From: Cenarchaeum sp.
GTDB taxonomy: Archaea; Thermoproteota; Nitrososphaeria; Nitrososphaerales; Nitrosopumilaceae
Length of the DNA: 64,000 nucleotides
Reading direction: 5' to 3'
NCBI GenBank assembly: GCA_963692915.1
Contig: OY843584.1
Coordinates: 416,001 to 480,000, forward strand
Shown here: positions 1 to 12,800 of the stretch, piece by piece
Layout: every line of letters starts with the position of its first letter
Position numbering within the stretch: the stretch's first letter is position 1
The notes under the pieces: model-generated
What the model was told of the DNA's origin: nothing
The model's database searches: none
The model's input: only the letters and a program-made list of their open reading frames with translations
Position numbers and translations under genes: made by a program

Positions 1-12
1 ACGAGTACATCC

Positions 13-708
13 TTGAAAAGTGAGGCCAAATACCGGACGTGCGTGTCAGTTGCCGAGCCGACGCCGCGCAAGATGGCATCCTCGCTGCGCCGCGCCATGG
101 CGAGCTCTGACTATGCGGAGCTCCGCCTGGACTTTATGCGCGCAGCCGACGTGCCTGACGCACTCGAGCTTGCCGTGCCATACATGCACAGGTGCGTCTG
201 CACGCTGCGCCCAATGCACGAGGGCGGCAGGTTTGCCGGCACCGAGGAGGAGCGCATATCGACACTAAAGCTCGCCGCCGAATACTCGCCGATGCTCCTT
301 GATGTCGAGCTGCGCACAATGTCCTCGCGCGCCTCGCTCAGGCGGTACCTGTCTGGCGCCGGCGCGCGCGTCCTCGTCTCGTGGCACGACTTTTCCGGGA
401 CCCCGTCAGCCGGCGCGCTCAGGGCGCGCCTTGCCTCGATGTCGCGCTACTCGAGTGACATCAAGATTGTCACGACGGCGCGCTCTGAGCTTGACCCGTC
501 GCGCGTCCTTGCGCTCTATTCGCACGCGACGCCCTCGAGGCTAGTCGCCTTCTGCATGGGCGAGGCCGGCCGCGCCTCGCGCGTGCTCTGCCTGTGCCTT
601 GGCAGCCCGTTCACGTACGCCTCGCTAGGCGCCCCCGTCGCTGCCGGCCAGATGCGCATAGGCGAGCTCAGGCGCCTCCTGCCCGCGCAGGCCCGCTATA
701 CCCTTTAA
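13..708 (+). CDS. aroD: 3-dehydroquinate dehydratase, type I
   Basis: AELRLD, DVEL, SWHDFSGTP, KIV, MGEAG and APGQ-like (AAGQ) motifs; first gene of the aro cluster. Confidence 0.93.
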   Translation: MKSEAKYRTCVSVAEPTPRKMASSLRRAMASSDYAELRLDFMRAADVPDALELAVPYMHRCVCTLRPMHEGGRFAGTEEERISTLKLAAEYSPMLLDVELRTMSSRASLRRYLSGAGARVLVSWHDFSGTPSAGALRARLASMSRYSSDIKIVTTARSELDPSRVLALYSHATPSRLVAFCMGEAGRASRVLCLCLGSPFTYASLGAPVAAGQMRIGELRRLLPAQARYTL

Positions 709-1560
709 ATGACGAGCGCCCAAATACCCGCCGTGCAGGGGACATACGCCGTGATAGGCGACCCGATTGACCACTCGCTCTCGCCGGCTGCCCACAATGC
801 GGCATTTCGCGAGCTCGGGATGGACTCGTCATACATCGCATACCGGATACGGCGCGGCGACCTGCGTGATGGCCTCGAGTCCCTTGCCGCTGCGCGCATT
901 GTTGGCTTTAACGTGACGATCCCGCACAAGGTTGACATTATGGAGTACCTTGACTCGACTGATGCCGAATGTGAGGGCGTCGGCGCATGCAACACGGTTC
1001 GCATCGACGGCGGTCGCCTCGAGGGCCACAACACGGACGTGCGCGGCTTTGTGGATCCGTTCACGAGGCGTGACATACGCGTGAGGGGCAGGACGGCCCT
1101 CGTGTTGGGCTCGGGCGGCGCTGCGCGCGCAGTCGTCCTTGGCCTTGCGCGCAGCGGGGTGAGCAGCATTGTCATCGCTGCCCGCTCACCGGCCCGTGCG
1201 CAGGATCTCGTCGCACTCGCGGGCCGTTCAGGCGTTGCGGCCTCGCATGTCGGGATGGACGGTGCGGCGGGCACTGCTGTCGGCTCGGGCGTCATCGTCA
1301 ACGCCACGCCGATCGGGATGAGGGGCGAGGAGAGCCCAGTTCCTGCCGCCTCTATCGGGGCCGACTCTGTGGTCTATGATATCGTGTACAGGCCAATGAA
1401 GACGGCCCTCATCGAGTGCGCGCTTGCGCGCGGCGCAACAGTCGTGTACGGCCATGAGATGCTCGTGGGCCAGGCCATGGGCTCATTTGAGATATGGCAT
1501 GGCGTTCCGGCGCCGTACGGGCCGATGAGGGGGGCAATCCTGGGGGTTGGCCACGCATGA
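709..1560 (+). CDS. aroE: shikimate dehydrogenase
   Basis: GDPIDHSLSP, NVTIPHK, GACNT, NTD, GSGGAARA, NATPIGM motifs. Confidence 0.96.
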   Translation: MTSAQIPAVQGTYAVIGDPIDHSLSPAAHNAAFRELGMDSSYIAYRIRRGDLRDGLESLAAARIVGFNVTIPHKVDIMEYLDSTDAECEGVGACNTVRIDGGRLEGHNTDVRGFVDPFTRRDIRVRGRTALVLGSGGAARAVVLGLARSGVSSIVIAARSPARAQDLVALAGRSGVAASHVGMDGAAGTAVGSGVIVNATPIGMRGEESPVPAASIGADSVVYDIVYRPMKTALIECALARGATVVYGHEMLVGQAMGSFEIWHGVPAPYGPMRGAILGVGHA

Positions 1561-2414
1561 TGCGCACGCGCGCCGAGATATTTGGCGCGATATCGCTTGT
1601 CAACGCCATTGCGACTGGGCGCGGCGCCACAATGGGCGTTGCGCTAAAGACCACATGCACGCTTGATGTGATGCCGGGCACGGGCATCACGGTAAAGTCC
1701 GGCATGCGCAGCCTGAGCTCGCGCCTCGTCGAGACTACTGTCGAGCGCGTTGTGGCAAAGCGCGACCTCGCAAAGTACGCGCTGCGCGTGCAGCTCGAGT
1801 CAGACGTCCCGTCCGGATACGGCCTAAAGAGCTCGAGTGCCATATCGCTGGCAGTCGCCATGTGCTGCTCGCACGCGCTCCATCCCGGAATGTCAGACCG
1901 TGCGCTCCTCGTGGCCAGCGCCGAGGCGTCGATCTCGGCGCGAGTGAGCATAACTGGCGCGTACGATGACGCGTGCGCGTGCTATTATGGGGGAATCAAC
2001 ATTACTGACAACACGGCGCGGCGCCTCGTGCGCCACCAGGACGCGCCAGATGACCTTGATGTGGCCATACTCATCCCGCGCGCCCGAAAGCGCGGCAAGC
2101 CGCGCGAGCTGCGCGAGCTGCGCGCGCCCATGCGCGCCGCATGGGACATGGCCCGCGACCATGACGACTATTGGAACGCGATGACGCTAAACGGCCTTGC
2201 CGCAACGCCTGTCCTCGGCCCGGACACCGGCGCCATAGCGTCGCTCATCGAGGCTGGCGCCCTCGGCGCGTCAGTCTCGGGCAACGGGCCGGCGGTGGCC
2301 GCCGTCGCGCCGCACGGCGACATTGGCGCCGTGGCCGGCGTCCTCTCGTCGATGGGCGGGCGCGTGATTCGCACGACGCCGAGCTGCCAAAAGGCGCGGT
2401 GCTCCATACTTTGA
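1557..2414 (+). CDS. aroK: archaeal shikimate kinase (GHMP family)
   Basis: GAISLVNA, PSGYGLKSSSA, ITGAYDDA, SGNGP motifs; ATG overlaps the aroE stop. Confidence 0.93.
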   Translation: MMRTRAEIFGAISLVNAIATGRGATMGVALKTTCTLDVMPGTGITVKSGMRSLSSRLVETTVERVVAKRDLAKYALRVQLESDVPSGYGLKSSSAISLAVAMCCSHALHPGMSDRALLVASAEASISARVSITGAYDDACACYYGGINITDNTARRLVRHQDAPDDLDVAILIPRARKRGKPRELRELRAPMRAAWDMARDHDDYWNAMTLNGLAATPVLGPDTGAIASLIEAGALGASVSGNGPAVAAVAPHGDIGAVAGVLSSMGGRVIRTTPSCQKARCSIL

Positions 2415-3685
2415 TCTGCACAACGCGGCGGTCGGCGTTGCGCGGCACGATTGCGTGTCCGGCCAGCAAGAGCTATACGCACAGGGCGCTCTTTGTGGCC
2501 TCGCTTGCCGACGGCTCTAGCGCCGTGCGCGGCGCGCTTGACTCACTTGACACGCGCGCAACGGCCCGCGCGTGCGCGGCATTTGGCGCGACTGTGGAAG
2601 GTCTCGGGACGCGCGAGGTTCGCATAGTCGGCCGCCCGCACCCGCACGCCGCGTCGATCAATGCCGAGAACTCGGGGACGACATTGCGCATCGCCGCCGC
2701 AGTGGCCGCACTCTCGCCGGAGACGACAGAGCTCACCGGAGACGCAAGCCTCTGCAGGAGGCCAGTCATGCACCTCGTCGACGCGCTAGAGTCAATGGGC
2801 GCAGCGTGCGAGTCTGCCGGCGGAACCCCACCGCTCTCGGTTCGCGGGCCTGTCGGCGGCGGCCGCGTGAGCGTGCAGGGCAGCGTGTCAAGCCAGTTCG
2901 TCTCGGCCCTCCTAATCATGGCCCCGTGCACGCCTGACGGGATGGCGATATCGATCGAGGGCACTACCGTGTCACAGCCGTATATCGATGCGACCATATC
3001 AGTCATGCGCCGGTTTGGCGCGCACGTCGAGGAGCGCTCTGCGCACAGGTCGTACTTTGTCGCGCCGCGCCGATACTCGCCTGCGACGATCGACGTGCCG
3101 TCTGACTATTCGAGCGCCGCGCTCCTCCTTGCGGCATCCGTGCTGACCGGCGACTCGCTCTGCGTCAGTGCGGGCGATGCGGGAATGCCACAGGGTGACA
3201 CTGCGTTTCTTGGCATGCTTGACTCCATGGGCGTGCGCGTGTCAGATGCCGACGGTGCGCTGCGCACCTCCTCGCCTGATACCCTGCGCGGCGGCTCCTT
3301 TGACCTGTCTGACACGCCAGACCTCCTGCCGCCGCTGGCAATCCTGTCGCTAAGGTGCCCTGAGCGCATGGAGATAACGGGCATTGCGCACGCCCGGACA
3401 AAGGAGACTGACCGCATCGCAGTCCTCGCCGAGCAGCTCGCGCGCCTCGGCGTGCGCACCTCGCAGCGCGATGACGCGCTCCTCCTCTGGCATGATGCCG
3501 GCTCTAAACCGCATGGCGCATCACTTGACTCTTGCGGGGACCACCGCATCTTCATGGCACTGTGCATCGCCGGCCTTGCCCTCGGCGAGACGACAGTGGA
3601 TGGTGCCGAGTCTGCCTCCGTGTCGTATCCGGGCTTTGTCGATGACATGCGCCGTGTCGGCGCGCGGATCGAGCTGGGCGCCTAG
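2411..3685 (+). CDS. aroA: 3-phosphoshikimate 1-carboxyvinyltransferase (EPSP synthase)
   Basis: PASKSYTHRA, NSGTTLR, SSQFVSAL, KETDRI, DHR, SYPGF motifs; TTG start overlaps the aroK TGA. Confidence 0.95.
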   Translation: MICTTRRSALRGTIACPASKSYTHRALFVASLADGSSAVRGALDSLDTRATARACAAFGATVEGLGTREVRIVGRPHPHAASINAENSGTTLRIAAAVAALSPETTELTGDASLCRRPVMHLVDALESMGAACESAGGTPPLSVRGPVGGGRVSVQGSVSSQFVSALLIMAPCTPDGMAISIEGTTVSQPYIDATISVMRRFGAHVEERSAHRSYFVAPRRYSPATIDVPSDYSSAALLLAASVLTGDSLCVSAGDAGMPQGDTAFLGMLDSMGVRVSDADGALRTSSPDTLRGGSFDLSDTPDLLPPLAILSLRCPERMEITGIAHARTKETDRIAVLAEQLARLGVRTSQRDDALLLWHDAGSKPHGASLDSCGDHRIFMALCIAGLALGETTVDGAESASVSYPGFVDDMRRVGARIELGA

Positions 3686-3732
3686 GCTGCAGCAGAGCCC
3701 CGCCGTTCTGGCGCCCCTGCAATCACACCCGT

Positions 3733-3749
3733 GGGGGGGGGGGGGGGGG
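3733..3749. repeat. G17 homopolymer tract upstream of the giant surface-protein gene
   Basis: 17 consecutive G read directly from the sequence. Confidence 0.9.
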
Positions 3750-3799
3750 CATGGGAGACGGGGCATGTGATGGCCCATGCGGCAGATGTGGCAGAGTGA

Positions 3800-3806
3800 T
3801 TAAATA
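3800..3806 (+). promoter_or_regulatory. putative TATA box for the giant protein gene
   Basis: TTAAATA about 25-30 nt upstream of ATG 3831 in a GC-rich context. Confidence 0.6.
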
Positions 3807-3830
3807 CTTGGGCGTTTCTCAAGGCGCACA

Positions 3831-6800
3831 ATGTGGGCTTGGAGGGTTGCCGTGGTGGCTCTATTGGGGGTTGTTGCGCTCGGTGCGATCTCGGGCGTGA
3901 TGGCCCAGGAGGCGCTGACGGCAAGCCCACTCACGACGCGCACGCTAGTCGACGGCGTGCCCACGCAGGTCCACGCAAAGGTCGGCGCGACAATATCCAT
4001 CTCCGTCGAGACGTCCTCGGCAGTCACGATTACCGCCTCGGACGTGTCGTTCTTTGGACGTGGCAGCCAGGCCGTTGCGCCAACGTCAGTGACCGGCAGC
4101 GGGACGTCATGGGAGGTGCGCCTCAACGTGGTCAACTCGCACGTCGAGGGCCCGCTGCGGTTCTGGATTACCGCCCATGATGCGGTGACGCCGACTAGCA
4201 CGATCACGCTCACCGAGGCCGACATTGCCGGACACCATGTCAGCATTGACCGGACGCGGCCAGAATTCACCATCACGCCGACGTCATCGACGACAACGCT
4301 AGTGACGCTCAACGAGCCGCTCTCGCCGCTAGTTGCCGCGTCACGCGAGCTTGACGTGTCACGTTGGTGCGTCAATGACTCACAGACCCCGCAGATCATG
4401 TGCTTATCCACTGCCGACTATAACAGGGACGTGGCGTCTGCGACCGTGCTGTCCTTGGGCCTGTCGCCGGTGATCCTGCTGACCCACGAGCCGGTGGTTC
4501 ACCTCTCGGACATGGTTGTGGTCTTTGACCACCACGACACCTCCACGCCGTTCCTGTTCACCGACGCTGCGCTGAACCTTCCGGCGATCCCCGCATCACA
4601 GTCGAGTGTTGAGGCGTCCATGCAGCGCATCTTTGGGTCCCCGCCGGCCACCTCGTCTGACCACGTGTTTCCGTTCACCGCGGAGTATGATGTGGGCAAC
4701 CGGCGGATCCTTGTGCGCATGGGAGACGCGATAGGGCTGACCGGCCAGCTGACGCTGGCTGACTGGCGTGTGGAGCACGGGGAACCTTCGCCTGATGTCG
4801 CCTCAAATGACCTCCAGACACAGACCATCTCGCAGTCTCCGCCATCCGAGACGGATCTTCACGTCAGGTACATCGGCCTTGAGTCCGCCGCGGTGGTGCC
4901 CGAGAACGCAAACCTGTGGGTCACGTACACGCCGAGCGACTCCATGCCGCTTCGCGTGGGCACCGCCGGAATGATCCTCACGGGCAGTGCCCAGTTTGCG
5001 CTAAACCCCGACACGCGGCCAACGACGCTGACGGTCAGCGCGCAGCGCGATTCGGGCTCCGGACCGGCCTCTTATGATGGCGACTTGAGGGCATCTGACA
5101 CCATCACAGTCACGATGCGCCTCAGGGAGGCGACACTGAGCACGTCAGTCCCGACGATATCGTTCTTTGGTGCGGCGGCCGTGGACATGACGGGCACTGC
5201 AGGCGGGCGGGACTGGACCGCCACGCTTGCCGTTCGTGACGATGACGCGTCCACCGATGGGGTCAACGAGGGCACGCCTGAGGGCAGCGTGGAGTTTGAC
5301 ATCACTGCGACGAACGTGGGGCGCACGGTGGTGCGCTACGACGAGTCGCACGTGACTGACGGCTCGTCGGTGAGCGTGGATCGCACGCCGCCACAGGTCC
5401 GCACGGCAAAGTTTGTGGACGCGCGCTCAGAGATACACGTTGTGCCCGATGAGCCCGTCTCGTACACGTCATTGACGGATCTCTTTACGGCCACTAGCGG
5501 CGGCTCGGAGGTGGAGCTCTCGGACGTGACGTTTGACGCGTTGCGTGGCGCATACGTGATCGAGATCACCGCGGCCGCGCAGGGCTCGACATATGTCCTC
5601 ACGCCTGCGGCGGGGGCGATCACGGACGGTGCGGGCAACGCGCTTGCCGGCTCGTTCAGCGTGGTCGACGAGTCCGCCGCGCCGACAGTCACATCAATGT
5701 CACTTGATGTCCTGCGCGCCGACGAGGCCGGCATGTATGTGCTCCGCAGCGGGGCGCACGCCGAGTACGCAATGGCCGATGACGTGATCCGCGTAACCCT
5801 CGGGCTCAACGAGATCACCAATCCCGTCACGGTGCCGACCGTGCGCTTTTTTGACCAGCAAACTCCAGTTGCCATGAACGGCTCACCGGGCGACATGGCC
5901 TGGACGGCAGACTTTCTCGTCACGTCCATGACGCGTGAGGGGTCTGTCGAGTTTGACATTGTCGCCCTGGACTATGTCGGCAATGCCGCAGACATTGACG
6001 AGACTGGCGTCACGGACATGTCAGACGCAATCGTCGACCTCACGGCGCCATTGGCGTCACCGTCCATGACGTTTAGCTACACTGCGACTCCGACGGGATT
6101 CACGCTGTTCTTTGCGGAGGATCTTGACGACACGACTGTCATGACCTCGGCCTTTGTCATAAAGAGTCCCGAGGGCGGCGTCGTCATGCAGAGTGCCGCG
6201 CCGACCTATGCGGCCTCGACGTCTAGCGCGCAGGCCGGCGTGAGCTTTACGACTGCGGCGCTCTCTGACGGGAACCACACAGTCGAGATCGCCATCTCGC
6301 TCACCGACAGGGCCGGAAACTCGTACGTGGCCGACGATGTGACCGTATACGTTGACACGACGGCCCCGACGGTGACTGGGATTGCCACCGAGTCCTCCAC
6401 GACGACAATAGTGACGCTTGATGAGGCAGTCACGGCCGACGGCAACGCAGCTCAGCGCTTGCGGCACTGGACGGTGACTGATGATGACCCTGATGGGTCG
6501 TCTGGCCCTATAGAGGCTCCCGTGAGGGCGATCTCAAACGTGGAGGTGATAGACACGGAAGGCATGGCCGCCGCGTCTGGCGAACGCATACGCATCACGC
6601 ATGCGTCCCTGGCCTCGACTGCCTCGACTCCGACTGTGGCGTATGCGCCAGTGTCTACTGACGTTGGTGGCATCGGTGCTGTCACCCTTGGCCTGGTGAC
6701 TGACGCCTCGCCACCGCTGGCCACCAGGCTTGCTGCCGTGTCGGCCACAGAGGCAGATGACCTTGCGTCCCCGACGGCGAATGATCCGAGCTTTACGAAC

Positions 6801-9800
6801 GCGCGCACGATAACGTTTACGCTGAGCGAGCCTGTGGTGCAGACGTTCCTTGAGCGAACGACCGTCTCGCCCCCCATTGGGACCCTGACTGTCGCAGTTG
6901 ACGGGCTCCGTGTCACCCTGAGCGGCACGACTAACGCCATTGACGGCACAACATACTCGATAGAGGTGCCGAGCGCCGTGACTGACTCAAAGTGTGTTGG
7001 CGTGACGGACACATGCGTGCCCAACATGTTCTCGCTCGATAGTGTAGAGCTGGCCTATGGTGACACATACGCCCCCACGGCACAGTCTGCGACCTTTTTG
7101 TCCTCCTCGCGCATAGATGTTGAGGTCAGTGAGACACTCGATGCAGACACGCTGTCTGGCATTACAGTAAGCCCGCCATTGGGAACTCTCACAGTGACCC
7201 AGTTTGACCTGACAGTCGTGATCGGCTTTACCGGCACGCCGAGTGTCGGCACGGAATATACGGTGACGATTCCGACGACGGTTACTGATGTGGCCTCTCC
7301 GGCCAACGCCTTTGCCCTCACCACGCTCGCGACGACGTACAGAGCTGACACGACTCAGCCCACAGTGGTCTCTGCCACCCAGACGTCATACGGCGTGATC
7401 GTCGTGAGGTTTAGTGAACCCATCCAGGGGACTACCAGAACGAGTGACTGGAGCATCTGGGATGACCGATATCCGGCTAATCCATTTCCTGCCATAGTGA
7501 ACGTCGCGCTAGGCGGCGGCTTTGCCACCTCTACGACTTCGCTCACAATACCTGGAACCGGTGCCCTTGTGCGAGAGATCACGCTGTCAGCCAGGGTCGA
7601 GTCCACAGAATCCAGGCCGTATACTCAGCATGTTGGGAGCGGACTTACGGATCTGTCGGGTAACGTCCTTCGAGACACTGACAGGAGCAATATCCATGGT
7701 GCCGTACGTTTCACGGACAAGGCGCCTCCTGAATCCCTGGGCATCGTGGTGGAGTCGACCAGACCACGCCAGGCAGATCTTGTTTCGGGCATCGACATTG
7801 GCACACTGCTCGTAAAGGCCGGAGACGAGGTGACATTTACTGTTGAGTTTGATGGCAGTTCGACCCCGTTTCGCGATCGTTATCTGCGCACACAACTTGA
7901 GGTAGACCCAACAATACAGTACGTTAGGGGCGGCACGACATACCCGCTGGCATTCCATAGTGATGTGGAGAACTGGTCGCACACCCTGACCATCACAGGG
8001 GACATGCCTGATGGCCTGCTCGTGCCGTTCCTGACGATCAAGGACAGAGTAGTCCAAAACGGACCGGGCAACATCGGAGAGTACCTGGGAGCATCCACCA
8101 ATCCCAATGCGTGTGACCGTATCGCGGACGCTATACCTGCGAATCGGGCGACAGGGTGCCTGCAGGGGGTGGGACTAGAGCAGGGCCTGCCACGGCTCTT
8201 CCCCACCGTGGACAACTCGCCGCCGGTGATCGAGTCAGCAGAGACGACGACGACTACGACGACGCTAGTCACGCTTGATGAGCCTGTCCTCACATCTACG
8301 GGCACGCCCGCCCAGATTGCTGACAACTGGGCGATGACTAGCGGCACAGATACCGTCAACGTCAGCTCGGCGGCCGTGGCTGGCTCTGAGGTGACGCTCA
8401 CACACGATACGCTTGACACCTATGCGACGCCGACGCTCACATACACGAGGGGGGCAACTGAGGATGCGGGACGCATCATTGACAGGGTGGATAACAGCCT
8501 TGCCCAGGCAGACTCGGTTCCGGTGGCAGACGGCACGGCGCCCGCGTTCGTCTCGGCAACCATTGGGGCATCACCGTCGCGCACAGTCACGGCGACGTTC
8601 AGCGAGGATATCGCCCGGTCCTCGGTGAGCGCCACGACGATAATGCTTGAGGACTCGGCCGGCACGGCCGTCGAGGGCACCCTGCTGTACCACGATCCAG
8701 ACAACGAGGACACCGTGGCGATAACGTTTCCGTCCAGCGCTGTGGCGCTAGACGGCATGTACACCCTGCGCATAACGACGGGGATAACGGACGCCTCGCC
8801 GCAGGCAAACCCGCTGCCAGCCGAGGCTACGGAAAGCATAGCCCTAAACACGGAGGCTCCGTACATGGTGTCGGCCACAACACGCCTTCCACCCTCATCA
8901 CTCCTTGCTCTCTCTGGATACAACACTCAAGCTGGACCTGTCAGCACCGTGTTACACTTGTATGATGGGGCACAGTCTAGGTCTGTGGTGCCCTCGCCGC
9001 TTAGCGCAATCACTACGGTGACACTCAGCGAGCCTGTGACTACGCCGGGTTCTGCCACTATGGAGAATGTGAGATCCCACTGGAAAGTTGCGGCGGGCTC
9101 GACGGACCTGACCGTGACGTCCGTTGCCGTGTCTGGCAGGACAGTCGCCATAACGCACTCTATACCGGCCAGCACGGACAGCACGTTCACGGTAACGCAC
9201 ACGGTCGGCGACAGTGCGGGGCTCGTCATGGACTCGGCGAACGCCAACATCGCAGACGATGAGAATGCCCAGTCATCTGATGGCATCATCCCACTGTGGA
9301 GCGCGCGTCTCACAGGCCCCACGACTGCGCTAGTGACGTTCAGCGAGCCGGTGATGCAGGTTCCTGGCACAACTGCCATTGACGCGTGGAGGGCATCTGG
9401 CCGCGGTGACCTTGCTGACCAGCGAATGGGAGAGGACAGGTACAGCCGCGCAAACGACGGCGATCGCCGCCTGGCAAGCGCCACGCTCTCAGATGACGGG
9501 AGGAGCATGACGCTGGAGATGAGCGCGGCAATACCCACAGACGACAGGGCGTACTCGGCCACAAACCTCCCCTGGATAAAGTACTATCCTGGCGCATTTG
9601 CGAGGCAGACGCCGCTGCCCGCCACAGCCATCGCCAACACAATCGTGGACTTGGCAGGCAATGCGCTAACTGACCGCGTGTACCAGACAGGCGACGGCAT
9701 TGCCCCCGTTCTCACAGTCGCCTCGTTTGACGGCACGACGATGAGCGTGACGTCATCCAGGCCGCTTGACTCGACGACGATCCAGGGCGGCAACTTTGTC

Positions 9801-12800
9801 CTGAGGGGGCCGGGCTCGCTGACAACCACACACACGCCGACGCTTGTGCCGGGCGGCACGACTAGCGCGTTCTCGCTGACCTTTTCGCCTGCCCTGACGC
9901 TGTCCGGCTCGTACACGATGGTTCTCGGGGACGTTTATGACACGGTCACCACGCAGCATCCGGGCGAGACCAGGGCAGGCAACCGCCTCGTCCTCAGCGA
10001 GCCGACAGTCATGTTCCTCCCGTCGGGCGCCACGAACCCAGTGCTCGCATCGGCCGAGACGCTCACAAAGACGACGACGCAAGTCACGTTTAATCAGCCC
10101 GTGGAGGGCATGACGTCGCGCAGCCAGTGGACCATCACGTCACAGGGCCTGACGATAAATGTCCTCGGCGTGGCCGCCGGCTCGGCGACACCCGTGGATA
10201 GCGCCGATCCAATAACGGTTGCCCGCAGTGGCGCGACGCTGACAATGACGCTGCTCCACGATGCCATCTCCTCGGGCCTGACGCCTGGGATTGACTATGA
10301 TCCCGCCGGCGATACCAGTATAGCCGATGCGAACAGGCTGCGCGACAACTCCAACAACGCCATATTGGGGACTGGCACCACTGGCCCCACGGCGACTGAC
10401 GGCATTCCGCCGCAGGTGTCTGATGCGACGTTCATTGCACGCAACGGGCTCCGGTTGACCTTTGAGGAGCCCCTTGCGCAGGCAAGCGTGACGGCGATGG
10501 GCACGACATTTACGATCACCGACCCGTCAGGGGATCCCGTGAGCCTTGCGAGTGATAATCCCGTGAGCTATTCCGCATCGTCACAGTCAGTCACGCTGAT
10601 CCTCGAAGACTTCACCACGGAGCATGGCGGCTATGGCATCACAATCGTCGGCGTAGCTGACACCGCGTCGCCTACCGCAAACTCGTGCACCGCCATGACG
10701 TGCACGGCAACGGCGGACCGCGAGGTTCAGCTTCCGGTCCTGGGCACCACTGGCTCGCTTGTCGCCAGCGTCCTGTCAGGCGACCCGCTGGCCGCAAAGT
10801 CCACAAACCCAAACATCGCCACGGGTGGCGACACGCTGCGTGTGGCACTCACGCTGGCCGGCATTGTGCCTGATCCCGCCGCGCCAGCCGTGATCGACTC
10901 GGCGCTCCTGAGGGATATTGACAGGCCGTCGATCAGCTTCTTTGGTGGCGAGGGGATGGCCATGACTGACGTCACACAGGCAGGCTCGCCGGCAAGGTCA
11001 TCCTGGTCTATAGACTATACCGTGCCGTCCACGCCGCAAAGGGATGCACAGGCCGAGTTTTCGATAACGGTCGGACATAACCTCGACACAGCCACGTTCA
11101 CGCGGGCCGAGCTGACGTCTGGCACGGCAGTCAGCGTTGACACAAAGCCCCCCGGCCTCTCGGCGTCTGCTGCTGACCCCCTGTACACGAGAACCGAGGC
11201 GGTGGGCGCGACTGCTGGCCTCGGCTCGGCACGCAACGCGCAAGTGGGCGACGTGATGCTCGTTGTGCTCACCACTGACGAGCCGCTCTCTGGCGTCATC
11301 CTCGGCGATGCGACATTCTCTAGCGGCCGTGCCGCAACAGATGTCTCGTCTGACCACACGTCGCGCGGAATCACCCCAGCGCTACCGGAGGACACGTACG
11401 TCTACTCGCGCACCGTGGCCTCTGATGAGCCCGAGGGTCCGGTAGAGTTCTCGATCACGGTTCGCGACGCAGTCGGCAACACGGACACCCTGGACGCCGA
11501 TGACCTGCCCACGGGGGACGACGCGACGGGCTATCGCCTGAGCGTCGACAGGACAGCGCCTACTGTGAGCAGCGCAATGTTCACCTCTCCTACAGTGCTG
11601 ACCATAACGTTCGGCGAGTCCGGGATTCAAACGCTGCCTGCGACACTCACGCTGACTAGGACATCTACGCCAGGCACGACGACTTCGACGCTGACTGCGA
11701 CGCTCTCCGGGGAGCCTGATGGCGCGTCTGTGACATACACCGTTCCGGCAATCCAGCCGTACGCCCACGAAAGCGCCGAGTACACGTTCACGCTGCCTGC
11801 GACGATCCTCGATGACGCGCTCAACGCGTACGTGCCGCCCGCAGACGACATCGTGGTCTCCGAGTCACCCGTCACGATCTCCTCGGCTGAGACATCGTCG
11901 ACTACCGTCACGGACGTCACGCTCTCGGCGCCGCCGGTCGCACTGGGCACCGATGCAACTCCTGCCACGCCAGCCACGCCTGCGCAGATCGCCTCGCACT
12001 GGTCAGTCTCTGAGGTCATCGACGGCACGACAGTCGACAGGGAGGTCACGGGCGCTGCGATAACGGACTCCACGATTCGCCTCACGCATGCGCCCCTTGC
12101 GTCATCATCCTCGACTCCCTCGGTGGCGTACACGGCTCCTGCGTCACGGGCGGTCGGACAGCTCGTTGATGCCACCTCGAGCACGCTCTCTGTCCAGACG
12201 TTTAGCGGAACCGCGGCTGATGGCGCGCCGCCCGTGATGACGGCACGCTTCACAACGCCTGCAATCATCACAGTCACGCTGGACTCGCCGTACGTGACCA
12301 CGCCGGCCGAGCGGGCTCCGGCGCTGTCAAACACAATGTCCCCGATGGACAACGCCGCGACGTTCACGCTGGCCCAGGCCCCGCCCACGACGCTCACGCT
12401 GAGCCTTGGCGGCACCGTGGATGACGGGACATACGAGTTCACAATCACGGTATATGACTCAAACGGCAACATGGGAGTACAGGCCTTTTCACTCGACAGG
12501 GACTCGACTAGCATATTCGCCTCGGCAAGAACCCTCTCGCACACAAGCGTCGAGGTCTCCTTTGCGCTCGGCACGGCGCTAGCGCAGGGCGTGACCTCCC
12601 TTGATCCCGCGCGCTGGACAGTCATCACGCCCGTGGAGGGCGCCCAGGGGGCCACAACGATCACAGTGGCCTCCGTGTCGGCCCTCGCGGACAACAAGGT
12701 GACGCTCACGCTGGCCTCGCCGGGCATTGTGGCCTCGGACGGCACGCCTGACACGGCGGCAACGCCGACCGTAAAGTACACGCGCGGCGTGGGTGCCGCC

